A stretch of 64,000 nucleotides of DNA from the human T2T-CHM13v2.0 reference genome, Homo sapiens: assembly GCF_009914755.1 (NCBI RefSeq), contig NC_060942.1, one strand, 5' to 3'. The notes under the pieces are model-generated. The model was not told the origin of the DNA. It saw only the letters and a program-made list of their open reading frames with translations, and ran no database searches. Positions 40,171 through 54,667 of this stretch are shown here, in pieces (positions within the stretch are counted from its first letter, which is position 1; the number at the start of each line of letters is the position of its first letter). A program made the translations under genes and the position numbers.

Positions 40171-40564
40171 GAGATTCCATTTTCTTCTTTACGTAGAGAA
40201 AATAAAAATAAAAATAAAAATAAAAAATAAAAAACAAAAATCTCTTTATTTCCAAAGCTAAAATCTTCCCTTAGGTTTTAACCCTATTTCTTCCTCCTTC
40301 TAAAATTTTATTTTATCTTCAATTCTCTCTTCCGTCTCCACTGGTTCTTTCTTGTCTGTCTGAAATCAAACAAATCGTAATCTGAAAATAAACAAACAAG
40401 CAAACAAACAAAATTTTATTTCAGATCTTGCATCTGTTTCCTAGTTTATATTTTCTTTCATTAAACATCTTTAAAATAATTACACTACTTCTTCAGAGTC
40501 CTCTTCCTTGTCATTTACTGCCACTTCTTTCTCTGTCAATCTGGCTTTGCTTCCTATATGCTAC

Positions 40565-40680
40565 AATAATTTTTCAGTTATAAGAAAAAACATTTTTTCA
40601 CATTTTAGCATGTCTGAAATAGGAATTAGTCTTATGATCAATGGAATCATAAATTGGATGAAATATGATAAAATTAGATA
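40565..40680. mobile_element. MER104-like Tc2/mariner MITE
   Basis: CATTTTTTCACATTTTAGCATGTCTGAAATAGG...GATGAAATATG. Confidence 0.6.
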
Positions 40681-41294
40681 TTTCAATATTACCTTTCACC
40701 TTCTAATCCCCAAAGCCAATGGCTTTTCTTATATTATGTTCTTCATGATCTCTCTGAATCATATGGCATCTCTTCCTTCTCAAAATTTTCTTCCACTGCC
40801 TTTAATGATATCCACAGCCCTTTTGGTTTATTTCTGAAGCTTGTCTTTCTTCTGCCCCTAATACGTAAGTTTTTTCTTAAACCAATTATCTTATCTCTAC
40901 TTTGTCAATCAGACTCAAATTTTACCTTTTAGTACTGAAGTTCTACCCATTACATTATCTATCATTTTCAAGTAATTGTTATATTAACTTCTCCTAGAAA
41001 ATTCTAAAGTTGCATAAACAGGCATTAGAGCAATTCCGCTCTATGGCCCATAAGCCTGTTGTTCGGATTTTCCTATTTCTCACAATGGCATCAAAGCCTC
41101 CAGGACTCTAACATTTAATGCATGAGGGTCATTTCTTATCCTCCGAGGCTATGCTTCCTACCTGTAGTCAGGATCCTAGTCTCTACCCTAACACTTGAGA
41201 TCATTCCTTTCTCTCTCTCCATTTCTTTTATGAACATCTCAACTCAAATTCATATTATAATTGTCCTGAAAAATTGCAAAGCCTTGGTACTGGC

Positions 41295-41802
41295 TGCAGT
41301 AGAGTGTATTAACTATGATCCCATGAAGTATACTTCCCTGCATCTGTCCAAGGCCCTTTGCCATGTAAAGCTGTCACTGTTCTCATCAAGATGCAGTTGA
41401 TAGCTTTACACTCTTGAATCTAGGCTGCCTCTGTACATTGGTCTGATTAATGCAATGGGTAAGAGTGACATTTTCAGAGCTAAGTTCAGAGCAACTTCCA
41501 CTCTGGTCACTTAAAACACTTCCTTGTGACTGTCTTGCAAAGATGGTTTGGCTACTGGGAAATAAGATATCACACCATGTGGAAGAGAACTGAGGCACCC
41601 TAGCCAACAGCTGGAACCAACTTCCAAACCTGGATGAGATCTTATAGCTTTATACTCCAAGTCAGGTCATGAGAAGACTGCAGTCATACGAATGATCCCA
41701 GCTGAGCCCAACAGAAGAACCACCCAGGTTGCTGACCTATGGCATTTTGAATAATTACAGATTTTTTTAAAATAGACTAATGTCTGAGGTGGTAACTGAT
41801 AT
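41295..41802 (+). mobile_element. MLT1F/G-type LTR
   Basis: CACTCTTGAATCTAGGCTG, GAGAACTGAGGCACCCTAGCCAACAGC, ends GGTAACTGATA. Confidence 0.7.
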
Positions 41803-41866
41803 TGGCATCAAGTAACACATAATACCCCTGGCTTCCAGTGTCTCAAAGCTATCCTAATATTGCTGT

Positions 41867-42252
41867 CTGTTACAGACCAAATGTTTGTGTCTTCCGAGAT
41901 TCACATGTTGAAGCCGTAACTTCCAATGGAATGCTATTTGGAGATAGGACCCTTGAGGTTTAGATGAGGTCACAAGTGCAGTGCCCTCAGGATGGAATTT
42001 AGTGCCCTTAAAAGAAGAGGAAGACATAGAAAAATCTTCCCTTCTCTTCACATGTACCCCCAGGAAAAGCCATGTGAGGACATAGCAAGAAGACAGCCAT
42101 CTGTAGCCAAGAAGTGGGTCTTACCAGAACCCAACCATGCTGACACTCTGATTTGAGACTTCTGTACTCCAAAACTGTGAGAGAATAGATTTCTGTTTTG
42201 AAGCCACTCAATCTATGGTATTTTGTTATGGCAACCTGAACTGATGTAGACG
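41867..42252 (+). mobile_element. MLT1A-type solo LTR
   Basis: TGTTACAGACCAAATGTTTGTGTC...CTATGGTATTTTGTTATGGCAACC. Confidence 0.85.
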
Positions 42253-42669
42253 CTGCCCAATTAATCTTCCTGAAGTCCATCCCTCCATGATGCAATGGTT
42301 CTCTATGTCCTACCATTAAAACTCAATATCCACTTTTTTACTTCACCCACCAGTCACTTCTTATGCCATTATGAGAGTTCCCCTTTCTATAAGTATTAAG
42401 GACATGACTATCTCCTTTGACTAAGATCCCGTCAGAGACATTGGCCTCATTTTGCAGTGATTCTGTAGCTACGTACACTTGCTGCTGGTGCCTCGCTGAG
42501 CACCCTGGAGGGGGACAAAGCACTGTGCTCCCTGACCAGCAATGTGGAGACACATCTCTGGGGCTTCAGCATCTGAAAGTTTATCTCATCGGACTTGCCA
42601 GGCTAGTACCAATCGGTTGGTTTTATGGATGAGTCACAACTAAATGCGTTAAGTAAGCTGGTCCTTTCA

Positions 42670-42885
42670 AGCAGCATGGTATAAGACTAAAGGGTGTGGA
42701 ATGTGGAACCCTACAGATGTGAGCTCTGCCACTATCCAAACATGTGACCTTTGAGAAGTCACTTTATCTCTCTGAAAAAAAGTCAACCCATCTGTAAGTT
42801 GGAAGCAAGTTTGAGAAATATATACTGGTGCTTATCCCAGAATCTCACCCATCTTAAGTGCTCACCAAATTGTGGTTATTGGCAA
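42670..42885 (+). mobile_element. MIR
   Basis: CTCTGCCACT...TGTGACCTTTGAGAAGTCACTTTATCTCTCTGA. Confidence 0.65.
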
Positions 42886-42906
42886 GTCCCTGTTATCTAT
42901 GGACAT

Positions 42907-43361
42907 TGTATTAGTTTCTTGTGGTCGTTGTAAACAATTTCCACCAACTTGGGGGCTTAATCAACAGAATTTTTTTGTCTTTCCATCTGGAGGCTACAAG
43001 TCTGAAATTGGCATCATTGGGCCAAAATCAAGGTGTTTATGGGCCACGCTCCCTCCGGAGGCTCAAGGGAAACATTTGTTCCTGGCTTCTCCCAGTTTCT
43101 GGTGGCTGCCAGCCTTCCTTGACTCATGGCCACATCACTTCAAGCTCTTCTGTGATCACATTGTCTCCTCCTCTTCAGCCTTTCAAATCTCCCTCTGCCT
43201 CCCTCTTCTTAGGCCTTTTGTGATATATCTGGGATAATCGAAGAAAATGTCCTCATCTCAAGATCCCTAATTTAATTCCATCTATAAAGATCCTTTTTTA
43301 AAACAATATTGCATTTACAGATTCCAGAGATTAACATATATATATCTTTCAGCCTTCCACA
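42907..43361 (-). mobile_element. MLT1C-type solo LTR
   Basis: TGTATTAGTTTC...CTGGAGGCTACAAGTCTGAAAT...CATCTCAAGATCC. Confidence 0.85.
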
Positions 43362-43364
43362 AAT

Positions 43365-43882
43365 GCAGAGCAAACTACCACATTAGCAACTTAGAATAAC
43401 ACACATTTATTTTCTCACAATTTCCATGGGTCAGGACGTTGGGCACAGCTAAACTGGGCTCTTAGCTAAGGGTCTCACAAGGTGACAATCAAGGTATCAG
43501 CCAGATACCTTGGGGAGCTCAAAGTCCTCTTCCAAGCTCACACAGTTGTTGGCAGAACCCAGTTCCTTGCGGTTGTACGTCTAAGACTTCTGTTTCGCTG
43601 CTGGCTGTCAGCCAGGGCCACTCTCTCTTCCTTGCCATGCGACCCTTTCCCAGAATGCAGAGCCCTCTCACACAGCAAAGTTTACATTTTTAGGGCAGGC
43701 AGAAGAATCTCTGTCTCCAGCCTGCCAAGACAGAGCCTATATAATGTAAGCTCGTCAAGGGAATGACATCCCCCTCAGCTTTGCCATATTGTCTTGGCAA
43801 GTCACAGCTTCCAGCACACTCAAGAGATGGGACTTATACAGGGTATTCCACATGGGCGATTACCCTAGTGTGTGTCCACTGC
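43365..43882 (-). mobile_element. MLT1E/F-type LTR
   Basis: CACATTTATTTTCTCACAATTTCCATGGGTCAGGA...GTTGTTGGCAGAACCCAGTTCCTTGCGGTTGT. Confidence 0.75.
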
Positions 43883-43940
43883 ATGTAGGAATAAAATAAA
43901 TAGTAATAATGACAGCAGAAGTGGTACTTCAAATGAGAAG

Positions 43941-44320
43941 TGTTATGGTTTGAATGTGTCCCCCTCCAAAAGCATTTGGGGACAATGCTTTCTGGGGGAC
44001 ACATGTAAACCGCAGCACTTTTTGGCAAGTTAATCCCCAATGCAACAGTGTTGGGAGCTGGCACCTAATAGGAGGTGTCTAGGTCATGAGGGTTCCATCC
44101 TCATAAATGAGTTAATGCCAATTATAAAAGGGCTTGGGGGCGCTGCAAGTTCAAACTCTTGCCCTTCCATCTTCCACCGTGGGATGGCCTGGCCAAGAAG
44201 GCCCTCTCTAGATGTGGGCCCCTTGGTCTTGGACTTCCCAGACTCCACAACCATGAGCCAAATAAATTTCTGTTGTTTTGTAAGTACCCAGTCTGTGGTA
44301 TTCTGTTATAGCAGCACAAG
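43941..44320 (+). mobile_element. MSTB-type solo LTR with internal inverted duplication
   Basis: TGTTATGGTTTGAATGTGTCCCC...AATCCCCAATGCAACAGTGTTG...GGTATTCTGTTATAGCAGCACAA. Confidence 0.85.
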
Positions 44321-46889
44321 AGGTATTTCCAGTGAGTATGAAGAATGCATAAATCATGGGAATAAACTTTGGCATAAAATAAAATAGATTATTTAATTAT
44401 TTCAAACTCTAAACCAAATCACTACTGCTCCAAATTATGGTTTACAACTATGATGGCATTCATAGTCTGACCCAGTTATCTCACCCTGAGAAATTTGTAC
44501 TAAACTAGTAATTCAAAAGAGCTCCCTTCCTCCAGATGAAAAGCTTTAAACTGGAAACAGGAGCCCACTTAGCAGGTCCCATAGCTCCAGCAAGGACTGA
44601 CTCTGCTGCTTTGTCTGAGCAAAATTAACCAGCAGCATGGCTCAGAGGTTCCTGGGAACCTGTGGCAACATCGGGTAGCAGGTGGGGCTTAGGTCAGCTC
44701 TGAAAGATGTGACAGGTGTGTGGAGAGGACAGGAAGTTGCCCAGGTCAGAAAATCTAGCATGTGTTAGGCATGTTCACAAATAAGCCCATCTATCAGCTG
44801 GCTACAGTGAAGGATACACAGAATTGAGAATTAGCAAGGTCCTCTAACCCAGGTATCCCAGACTCCTGTGCCCTCCAACAGCTATAGTTCCCTTTATTTT
44901 ATAAATAACAGTAACTTCAGCTACTATACCCAGCTCTGCAGTAAGCTCAGCCTTTCAGATTTCCCTCATCCAGCGTCTCTGGGAATCCACAGCAGGGTCT
45001 CCAGGTTCCATGAGTCATGCTCGCTGGCTGTGCCAGCCATTCCTCTGGACTGCTGAGATTCTTCTGCAGGTGACCTCAGGACTTCAGAAAAAATGGTGCA
45101 GCTTCTAGGCTACCAACCAGCAGAAATGTGACTCCACGCAGGACGGAAGCAGCATAATGGGCTATTATATCAAGCAATGTAATTGCTCAGTTTTTCAAAC
45201 TTCTTTATTTGAAAAGCAGAAGCTTTATGTAACCATAAGTCTCACTAAAATATTTTTACCAAAACAAAAATGTAGAAATAGAAACACTATCAGCAGCATT
45301 TAATTAGCCAGTTTTTCTTAGTATTAGACGTTAGGACTTAAACATTATTGGAGTGCAATAATGCAAAGTGTCAATTCAGTCATCTTAGGCTGAAGTAAAT
45401 CAGGGTGACATGAGATCCTTGAATTCCAAACAAGCAGCTTGGAATATTATCTCATAAGCAAGGAAAAGTGTTTGAAATCTTCTACTAGGAGGCTGATATG
45501 ATGAAAGCTTGAACGAGGATTCCCATGGCAGCCGCACACAGAATATACTGGAAATCTGAACCAAGCACTGCTTCTAATTGAGGGCAGTGGCAATGGATTT
45601 GATGCTAGAGACATTGATAAGGAAGAATTTTTATGGAATGAAGTTATGTAGCTGTTGGGAGAAAGGGAGAGGGAAATTTAAACAAAGTCAAGGTTTTGAA
45701 CATGGACAATGGGGTGAAGACGGACGCAGCCAATACAAATGGGGAAGGCACAAGGGCAGCCCTGAGAAAGCAGAAGTGAGGAGGCCCCCTTTGCATGGCT
45801 TAATTTCAGTGACTCCGGTGAGTCTTCATGAACGTTGCCAATGAGTAGTTGTAGGGAGATTATCAACACCTCTGCTTCAATATCATCAAGGATACAGTGA
45901 CATACTCCCAACTCTGCTTATGACAGGCACTCAACACAGGGTTTGGGGATGAAAGATTGAAAGCATCAATGAATTACTTTAGCTGGAAAGACATGAAGGT
46001 AAAGAAAAACATTTAATAATTACATGTGACCACTTTCAATGTTCACTTATCTACAAATAGCCTCGTGTCCACTCTGTCTGTATACAATCCAAAATAACTC
46101 AAGAGTTATAATCATTAACATTAAAGGTAGACAAACTGAGAAGAATGGACCTCCTGCCTTCAGTATCCAGTGAGAAATATGTTAAAAGGCACAAATAAAC
46201 AACAATTTCTGGAAAAAAAGAAAGAAGTCCAAGTAAAACTGCTTAAAATAGGAAAGATAAATTCAGACAACACCCAAAAGATTGATTCTCACCTGGAGTT
46301 TCTATGATAGTCAGAAGGCTTAAATATCTGTTTTGTCACTATCTCTTTGGATTCCACCCCACTGGATAGGGGTGTTTTGAAATACTGCATGAGCTGAAAT
46401 GTCTTTGAATAAGAATTAATCCAGACTTGAATTAATAGGTGGATAAGTAAGTAGGTGAAGATTGAAAATAGTGTTGATTTGTAGGCAGAAATTCAAGATG
46501 TTAACATGTAGTAAATTCCCTCTTTGTTATTTGAAATAGACCCTCCGGTCACACAGTGGGCTAAAGAGACCCTCTCACAACATGCCTGTTTTCTGGCCTG
46601 TCCTTGTTTTCAGACACCGTAGGGTCGATGGAGTTGAGGACAGTGTCTGTCGCCTGTCTCTCCCATGAATAAATGCAGCGCACATGTGGTGGGCAGGCCT
46701 CCACTTTTATGTACATGTTTACCTCCATAAAACAGTCATTGTGGAGCTGTTTGAGTGTGTGGGGGAGTTCTCAACATCTTTCCAACTCTGTCTTCACGGA
46801 AAAGTGATAATTCACCAATAAAAACATGAATGCCAGGAAAAGAGGGGAGGAAATAATAGTGTCATCAGTAGCTGTGAGCTAACAACAGT

Positions 46890-47080
46890 GTAACAGGAGG
46901 AAGAGTGGCTTTTTAAACCAGAAAGGTAGGTCCAGCACCCTCCTAAATAACGCTGTGATATGGCACAAGTCATTCACCCTCTCTGAGCCAAAGATGCTTT
47001 CATCCTCCAAAGCAAAATTCTTACAGCTGCCCACTCTATTTCCTAGGGCTGTGGTGAGGAATAAATGATTAATGCAGATG
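46890..47080 (+). mobile_element. MIR
   Basis: CAAGTCATTCACCCTCTCTGAGCC...AGGGCTGTGGTGAGGAATAAATGA. Confidence 0.7.
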
Positions 47081-47399
47081 TAGTCTGTGGGGATAGTGAC
47101 CAGGAAGAATAAAAATATATAAAAATACTTCAAAACATCAAGAAGATTAGACTAGACAATAAGAAAAATTTGTTTTCTTCCAAAATACCTAGTTACTCAT
47201 CCCAGGATTGGGAAATTCAGTGGCGTAATGACATCCTTAAGATGGATCCTTTGCACCTCACATGAGTCCGTCCTCATTCCAGCTGCTGTCTCCACTCAGG
47301 GCCAGAGGACAGCAGGTGCCCTGAGCATCATAGCATTGCCCACTGCTTGCTCAGGCGCAGAAGACATGGTCTCTCCTTCTTGCATCTCTGTGATTTTCT

Positions 47400-48105
47400 T
47401 TTAAAAGTCACTGTACCAAACTATAAATTACGCAAAATATCATCTCCATTTTATGTATGCAATTGAGTGCATTTTGACAAATGCAATTACACTATTGTAA
47501 TCACCTACACAAGATGTAGGGTGTCTCCATCACCCCAAACGTTTCCCGTGCACTCCCCTCCGGTCCATCCTTTTCCCACCCTGCGCCTAGAAAGCCAGAA
47601 TCTGTGAATGTCAGCATGGAAGAGTTTGCCTGGTCCAGGACTTCCTAGGGCCCAGCCTTTCACTCAGCAGCCTGTGTTGGAGGTTGACCCGTGCTGCTGT
47701 GCCCTCTGCAGCTCTCTCCTGGGGACCGCTCCGTAGCACTCTGTCCTTCGGTGGGGACACTGTCACTTGTTTATGCACCCACCTGATGATGGACATTTGG
47801 GTTGTTTCCAGTTTGGAGTGAATATAAGGAAAGCATCTATGAACACTCATGTGCAAGTGTGCACAAGGCTTTGTGTGGATACACATGCTCATTTCTCTTG
47901 AGTAAATTCTTATGAATGGAATGGCAGGATTCTTTGCTGAGTTCATATTTAACTTCACGAGAAACGGCCCCGCAAATGGCCAGAGTGGAAAACAGTTTCA
48001 CTCACCCGCAAGCAAGGTGGGGGAGTAACAGCTGCTCCACACACTCGCCAGCACTTGTCATTCTCCATCTTTTCAATTTTACTTGCATTTTTTCTTCATT
48101 AATGC
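47400..48105 (-). mobile_element. L1ME/L1MC-type 3' fragment
   Basis: GATGGACATTTGGGTTGTTTCCAGTTT, CATTTCTCTTGAGTAAAT. Confidence 0.8.
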
Positions 48106-48860
48106 TAAAGGTGAAATGCCAAAATGATTGTCCCAGAAGCCCAGGCTGAAGGCTTGCCCTCCTGTCTCAAGAGACAGAAGTACGTCTTTCCATTTCACGC
48201 GACAAAGGAGGTGGAATTATCATGATTGTTTCCAATCAATTAAAATGCATGTCCTAAGCCCAAGAATGAATTTTAGATTCAGTGTGGAGACCTGAACCTA
48301 AACAGCCTCTACTAGGCATAAGGGGAACCAGCTCCTGGACAAAGTTAAGTGTCTTTCACTAGTTTAAAAAAAAAAAAAAAAGAAGGCCCTTGTATGTAAA
48401 AAAGTATTATGTATGTAAAATATAACTATATATTCAGAAATGTATGGATTAAAATGGATATATTTAGAAATGCATATATTTATATATTTAGAAAATGCAT
48501 ATAGATCAAAGGCCATGTGAACCACAGATTGACTTATTTTTTCAATATAAGCAATTATGTATTCATTCGTTTTTCATTCAGTGAATACATCATTATTAAA
48601 CAACGATGTTATGAAAAGTATGAGATGCTAACAGGAAGAGAAATGTGGCCTACTGTGCACCACCTAGAAGAGTTCGCACAACCCTGTATGGCTAAGTTTC
48701 ACTCACCTTCATCATAAATATATAAATGGATGCCAATCTATTTCTTAAATTATGTAATCAAAATGCAGTTTCTAACGTATTTGGATTGAGGTATTTGATA
48801 ATATTATCTTGAAGCACAGTCCAATCATCTCTGCCATAAACTGATGAAAATAGTGTTTAA

Positions 48861-49173
<313 letters not shown>

Positions 49174-51567
49174 ACCTATTTCTTATATACTAAAAGCTAC
49201 AGAGAAAGAAAATGGAAGAATGTCTTAGAGAATCATACACAGAGAAACCAACACTATTCTAAAGGTGCTGTGTTTGAAGAGCAATTACACTGTATTTTGA
49301 AAAAGAAAAAAGTAAAATCAATTACATCAATGATCTCAGGAATTCCATCACTAGCGGATCCCAGTTTCTGCAACCAGAGGTGCCCGTGTTCCGCAGGCCG
49401 TGTGCACAGTGTGGCGGAGACATGGGCAGGGGCTGGTGCTCTCACCTCCCACACTGAGGCTGGTGCCTGTTGGCAAGCAGGGTCTGTCCGTTTCATCTGG
49501 TCACTTTGGATGTCCGTGAGTTGTGATGATATATACATAACCAGGTGCTGTTCTTAACTAGGTATCATTCTGCACCTATTTCTCCAATAAATCTCAATGG
49601 CATCTTAAAGCAAAGCAGACACAGCCGCAGTCATGCTGACAGAGGACCTGGCTATTAAGCTGTCTGCAGACTCCAGAATCAGTGAAATGTTTGACAGCGC
49701 AGGGACAAATACGTATTAGCAACATTGCTTAATCCATGTTTCAAGGGCAGAATTTGAAACCATGCTTCTGCACGGAGCAGGCTACAATGGCTGGAAGGAT
49801 ACTGTCATAAAGAAATGCCAGAGGCCACGCCGCGATGCACCTCCCCAGCCCCTGGGCTCACCAGCCTCCCTTGGACAGAGCATGTCTCATAAGACAGAAG
49901 GTGTGGAGCTCTGACATGAACACAATAAAAAATTTAAAAACTTAATAAAACATTTTTTCAAAGGAGTGATCAGACTGACCCCATGGTCCTGGAGCCCCAT
50001 GTTCTTCATTCCTGGAGAAGCAACATGAGTTGGGAAAACTCAATCTGTCCAAACGATGGAAAGGTCTGTTTGTGACCAAAGGTCCGAGGCAGCCAGAAGG
50101 AAGGATCCTCACCCAGGCAGATAAGTAATCTGTGCATACACACACTTGCCTCTGTCCACACACACTGTGACCCTCTTGCATGAAAGTATAAATAAATAAG
50201 GAACTCCAAATTTAGCCACTGTCCAGGCTAAACTCAAACACCACAATAAGACTTGGCAAAGTTATAAAACCATATAGGCTAGACCTTTTTATGATGGACA
50301 GGTAACACCATACAATATCTTTCTTTAAATGACTTATTTGTCCTCTTTAAGCCAGTGTTTGGGAGCACTGGCTTCTGTGAAGTTTATTGGGCGTGGACTC
50401 CAGCAGAGTGGACTCACTTCCCAGCATATCCAAAAGGGCTGGCGGTGGTAGGCCTGCTGCTCATACAGACTGTGCTTCTCCACCTCCAGGAGGAAGTTGT
50501 GCTCCCAGATTTGGGCAAATGATCTTGAAGGCAAAGATGAGATCTGAGTTTTTTAATTTTTCCTGCAGGATGGGAACGAATTGCAGCCTAACACTGAGGA
50601 AGAGGGAGGGGAGGTGCTTTTCCAGCCTGGGAGCCCCACATCTCCTAAGGTGCAGTGATGCCGCTTCCAGGCAAGTGCTGATGGACGGTGCCGGCCATGG
50701 TGCTGCCCCAGGGGCCTAGTTCTAGACCAGAGGCTGGCACTTCCATCCTCCAGTCGTCAGGCAGCTGGAGCCCAGTCGAGGATGCAGGACGAGCCTCCCC
50801 GCCGCAAGCTGGCTCCCCATCCTGCCCTGGTTGCCAGCCTAGTACCAATGCATTCAGCGGCCACACGTGGCCACAGAAATGAGGGAGAGACAGGAGAGTG
50901 AGGAATTCTCCCCAATGCTGGTGTGAAAGTGGGAGACACCTGAGCCAGCAAACAAACGGGTAGGTTTCATAAAGCCGTGTTCCTTTCTCTCCCTAGCTTG
51001 CTATCACCCTCGGGAAGATTAAATAAAGAAGACGCTATTGATCTGTGAAACATAATCTAATTTCAAAGGAAAACTTTCCAGATGCCATATTCATCGTGGG
51101 TGGCAGCAGCAACTATTTGGTCTGCAGCCCCTGGCTGCTTTTCCAGGACTTAACTGGTCTTCACAGCAGCCTCAAATCCTGCAGATCGAGGCAGGGGGGC
51201 TCACAGGGACTCACGGGCTGGGTGCTGGGGATCTTGAAGAACAGCTTCCAGATGGACAAACACAGGTCCTTCCATGGAGCCTCCCAGCCAGTCATCTGTG
51301 TCAGGGCATTTTTAGGGGTGTCCGTGGAGCAACGGTGAACAGCTCCAGGTGCTGATGGGGCTTCACCTGTGCATTCCTGCTGAGGGGGATGCTGTCCCCT
51401 CCTGCCTGCAATGACCGCTTCACTAGCTGCACTGTGGGTACACTGGCGCCTCGCCTGCAGCCCCCAGGAAACTGAACACCTGTCTCTGTGGCCGAGGTAA
51501 AGACACCGGAAGTAAAGCAATATCTGTAAAAGAGGCATTGCCAAAAATTAAGAAGAAATGCTGATAA

Positions 51568-52081
<514 letters not shown>

Positions 52082-53089
52082 TTAGTACCAGGAAAAAAAG
52101 GCATTAAAACATCAGACACAGGAAAAAAGCATCACTCCAGAGTGCATGGCTGTAATTTCAAGATGCATATAAAGGGCTAGCACTGCCCTGTGGCGTGTTT
52201 CCTGACGCCAACCTGCCTCCCTATTACTTCATGGGTACACTGCAGGAAAACTCTTGCAGCATGGCTGAACCTATTTGGGAAGCTTAGATCAAGTTTGCTA
52301 GGAGGCCAGGAAATAAATAGAATAATCCATAGAGGTCTCTTCCAGTGCATGTTTCTAAGAAAAGTGAACAGAATTTCTTGTTTCAGTATTTGTTAAAGAT
52401 TTTAGACAAGCATCTCTTGCAATCTCATCAATTAATACAAACTCAGCTGAATGTACTTCATCCCAAAGAGGCTTGATTCCAACAAGGTCTTTTAAACCTC
52501 AGAAATTGAAGCTTTCATTCAGTAGACCTCTGCTTCGTCTCAAGAAGCTAAAACCTAGAAAGACCCTGCAGCAAAGATCAAAACATCATCATTTCCTAAA
52601 AAGATTGTTGGTGGTTCCCATTACCTAGGATTAGCCCTGCAATTACAACTCATGAGCAGAAAGTTTTCATGAATCAGTGTAGAATTGTCACTGCTTTATG
52701 GCCTTTAAGAATAACTGTAGAGATATTTTATTTTTTATCTAGATTCAAAACAAGAACATGGTTTAAACAAAAAAAAGGAAAAAAGATATATCAATAGTTT
52801 TGATTACAGATTATTAAAGAAAAAAAAAGAATCCTCCTGAAACTTCTGGCTTATTTAAACACTGGACAGAATTTTCCCCAGCAAATTCCTCTTCTTAGAA
52901 AATCATGCTCTGCCTCATTTTTGTCATGCAAGTAATGCACATATACTATTTTTAGAAATTGTAGGCAATTAAAATCATTTCTCTGTCACAATTCTGCTAA
53001 TTTTATTGTTGATAACCACGTTCAAACATTTTATAATCAACTTAGTAATTTTTGTCAAGACCACTAGTATCCCTTGGGTCAGCTCACAG

Positions 53090-54667
53090 TGTCACAGGAT
53101 GCATGGGGTGTTGCTGCACCAGCTGGAAACTTCTGTGGCTGGGCACACCTTCTGCCTGAGTATTGCTCACACCCCCTGGGCTTGTTCCGCCCACTCGGGT
53201 TGGCAGGCTACACTGGGGTTGCACTACCAGCCCAGATCCCATACGTGCCAAGGGCAAGCCAGGCCCAGAGAAGTGAGGGGTGTGAGGGCAAGTGAGTGCA
53301 GGATCTGGCCACTGCACACACCAAGCACACTGGCTGCTATGGCTGGGTGGGCAGCTCCAGGTACTGACAAAGGTGCTGGCTTTGTGTGAGGCTGGAGCTA
53401 GACCAGATGTACCTCACACAGCTTTCACTGCGGGCATCCGTGTCTGGATTAGGGGAATGCAGTGGCGCCCAGAATCTTGCAGATGCCAGGAGCCACAGAG
53501 CTCCAAAGAGGGTGTCACAGTCCTAGCTCAGGGAGCCCCTAGGTCTGGGCTCCCCAAAGGACCACAGCTCTTCTCTCCTTGTTGCCCTCAATTTGGCGAG
53601 TGGTGGGAGCATGTTTCAGTCCTGCTTGTGTTACAGCTCTTTCAGTCCCACCATTCAGCAGGTCCTGAATTCTTGTCCCATAGCCAGGAAGAATGAGGTA
53701 CACAGACAAGTGGAAGGTGAGCAAGGTGGAGAGAAGTTTCATTGAGAGACAAAACATCTCTCAGGAGACCCAAAGTGAGTACCTCCTTTTGCAGGCAGGT
53801 TGTACTGACAAGTGTCCAGCTCTTAGCAGAGAGGAGACCGGCAGTGGGTAGCTCCTTTCTCCAGGCAGGTTGTCCCAATGTCTCTGTGAGTCTGGCTGTG
53901 TCCAGGGTTTTTAAGAGCTTCAGAAAGGGGAAAGTGCATGTTGATTGGTCCATAGGTGGCCATAGGTGAGCCCAGGAAAAGCACCATAAGTTCTCACTCT
54001 GGGCCACAGTCTCCACCCAGAACTGATAGCCTAGCCCCCAGCTTCAGGCCATCCCTGGCTTGGAGGTGAGGCTTCACTGGGGACCTGCCCCTTTCCACCC
54101 AGGAGCCTGTCTGCCTCCTGCCACCATCAATCATGTTGTCCATGGCTCCCAGGCTGTTCCTGACAAGGGGCACCTGCAGGCCTGCACCCAACTACCCTCA
54201 GCCCCCTCTTGGCCTCCCTCCCATGCTCGTCAGCACCCAAAGTCTGGAGGGTGCCAAGGCAGCAGGGGGCTGGCATGTCAGTGTCTCCCTGGGTGCACAC
54301 ATACCTACCAGGTCATGACAGCACCCAGGCTTGACCCCAACTTTGTTTGGAAATCACGGTGGTTGGTGGGAGTGGGGAGAGACCAGGAAGTGGGAGCAGG
54401 CACTTCTGAGTCTGCAGGGGCAGGGGGGCTTACCAGGCCTCCTAAAAGCACAGGGATGCTGGGGTATGCAGCCACAGCTGGGCGGCTGCAGTTGTGCCTG
54501 GGAGCACAGGGCTCTCACCCTGCCAACTCAGTAGAGGGTGGGGATCCCATTTGTCCCTGACTCCCACTGGTTCCATACCACTCTGAGCACCCAATCCCAG
54601 CTATGCCTCCCTCGCTGCAGCCAGTGTCTTCACAGTGACAGCTCCAGATGGATCGCCATCACCATCA
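53090..54667 (-). mobile_element. MER52A-type ERV1 solo LTR
   Basis: TG...CA ends, 4-bp TSD ACAG (53086-53089, 54668-54671), ~1.58 kb and GC-rich; minus strand starts TGATGGTGATGGCGATCCATCTGGAGC. Confidence 0.88.

Noticed and set aside
44756-44776. p53-like site TAGCATGTGT-T-AGGCATGTTC
   Set aside because: One half-site has two mismatches plus a spacer; expected by chance in 64 kb.
53006-54560. Cluster of overlapping ORFs of 65-166 aa
   Set aside because: Essentially all lie within the GC-rich MER52-type LTR, where stop codons are rare.
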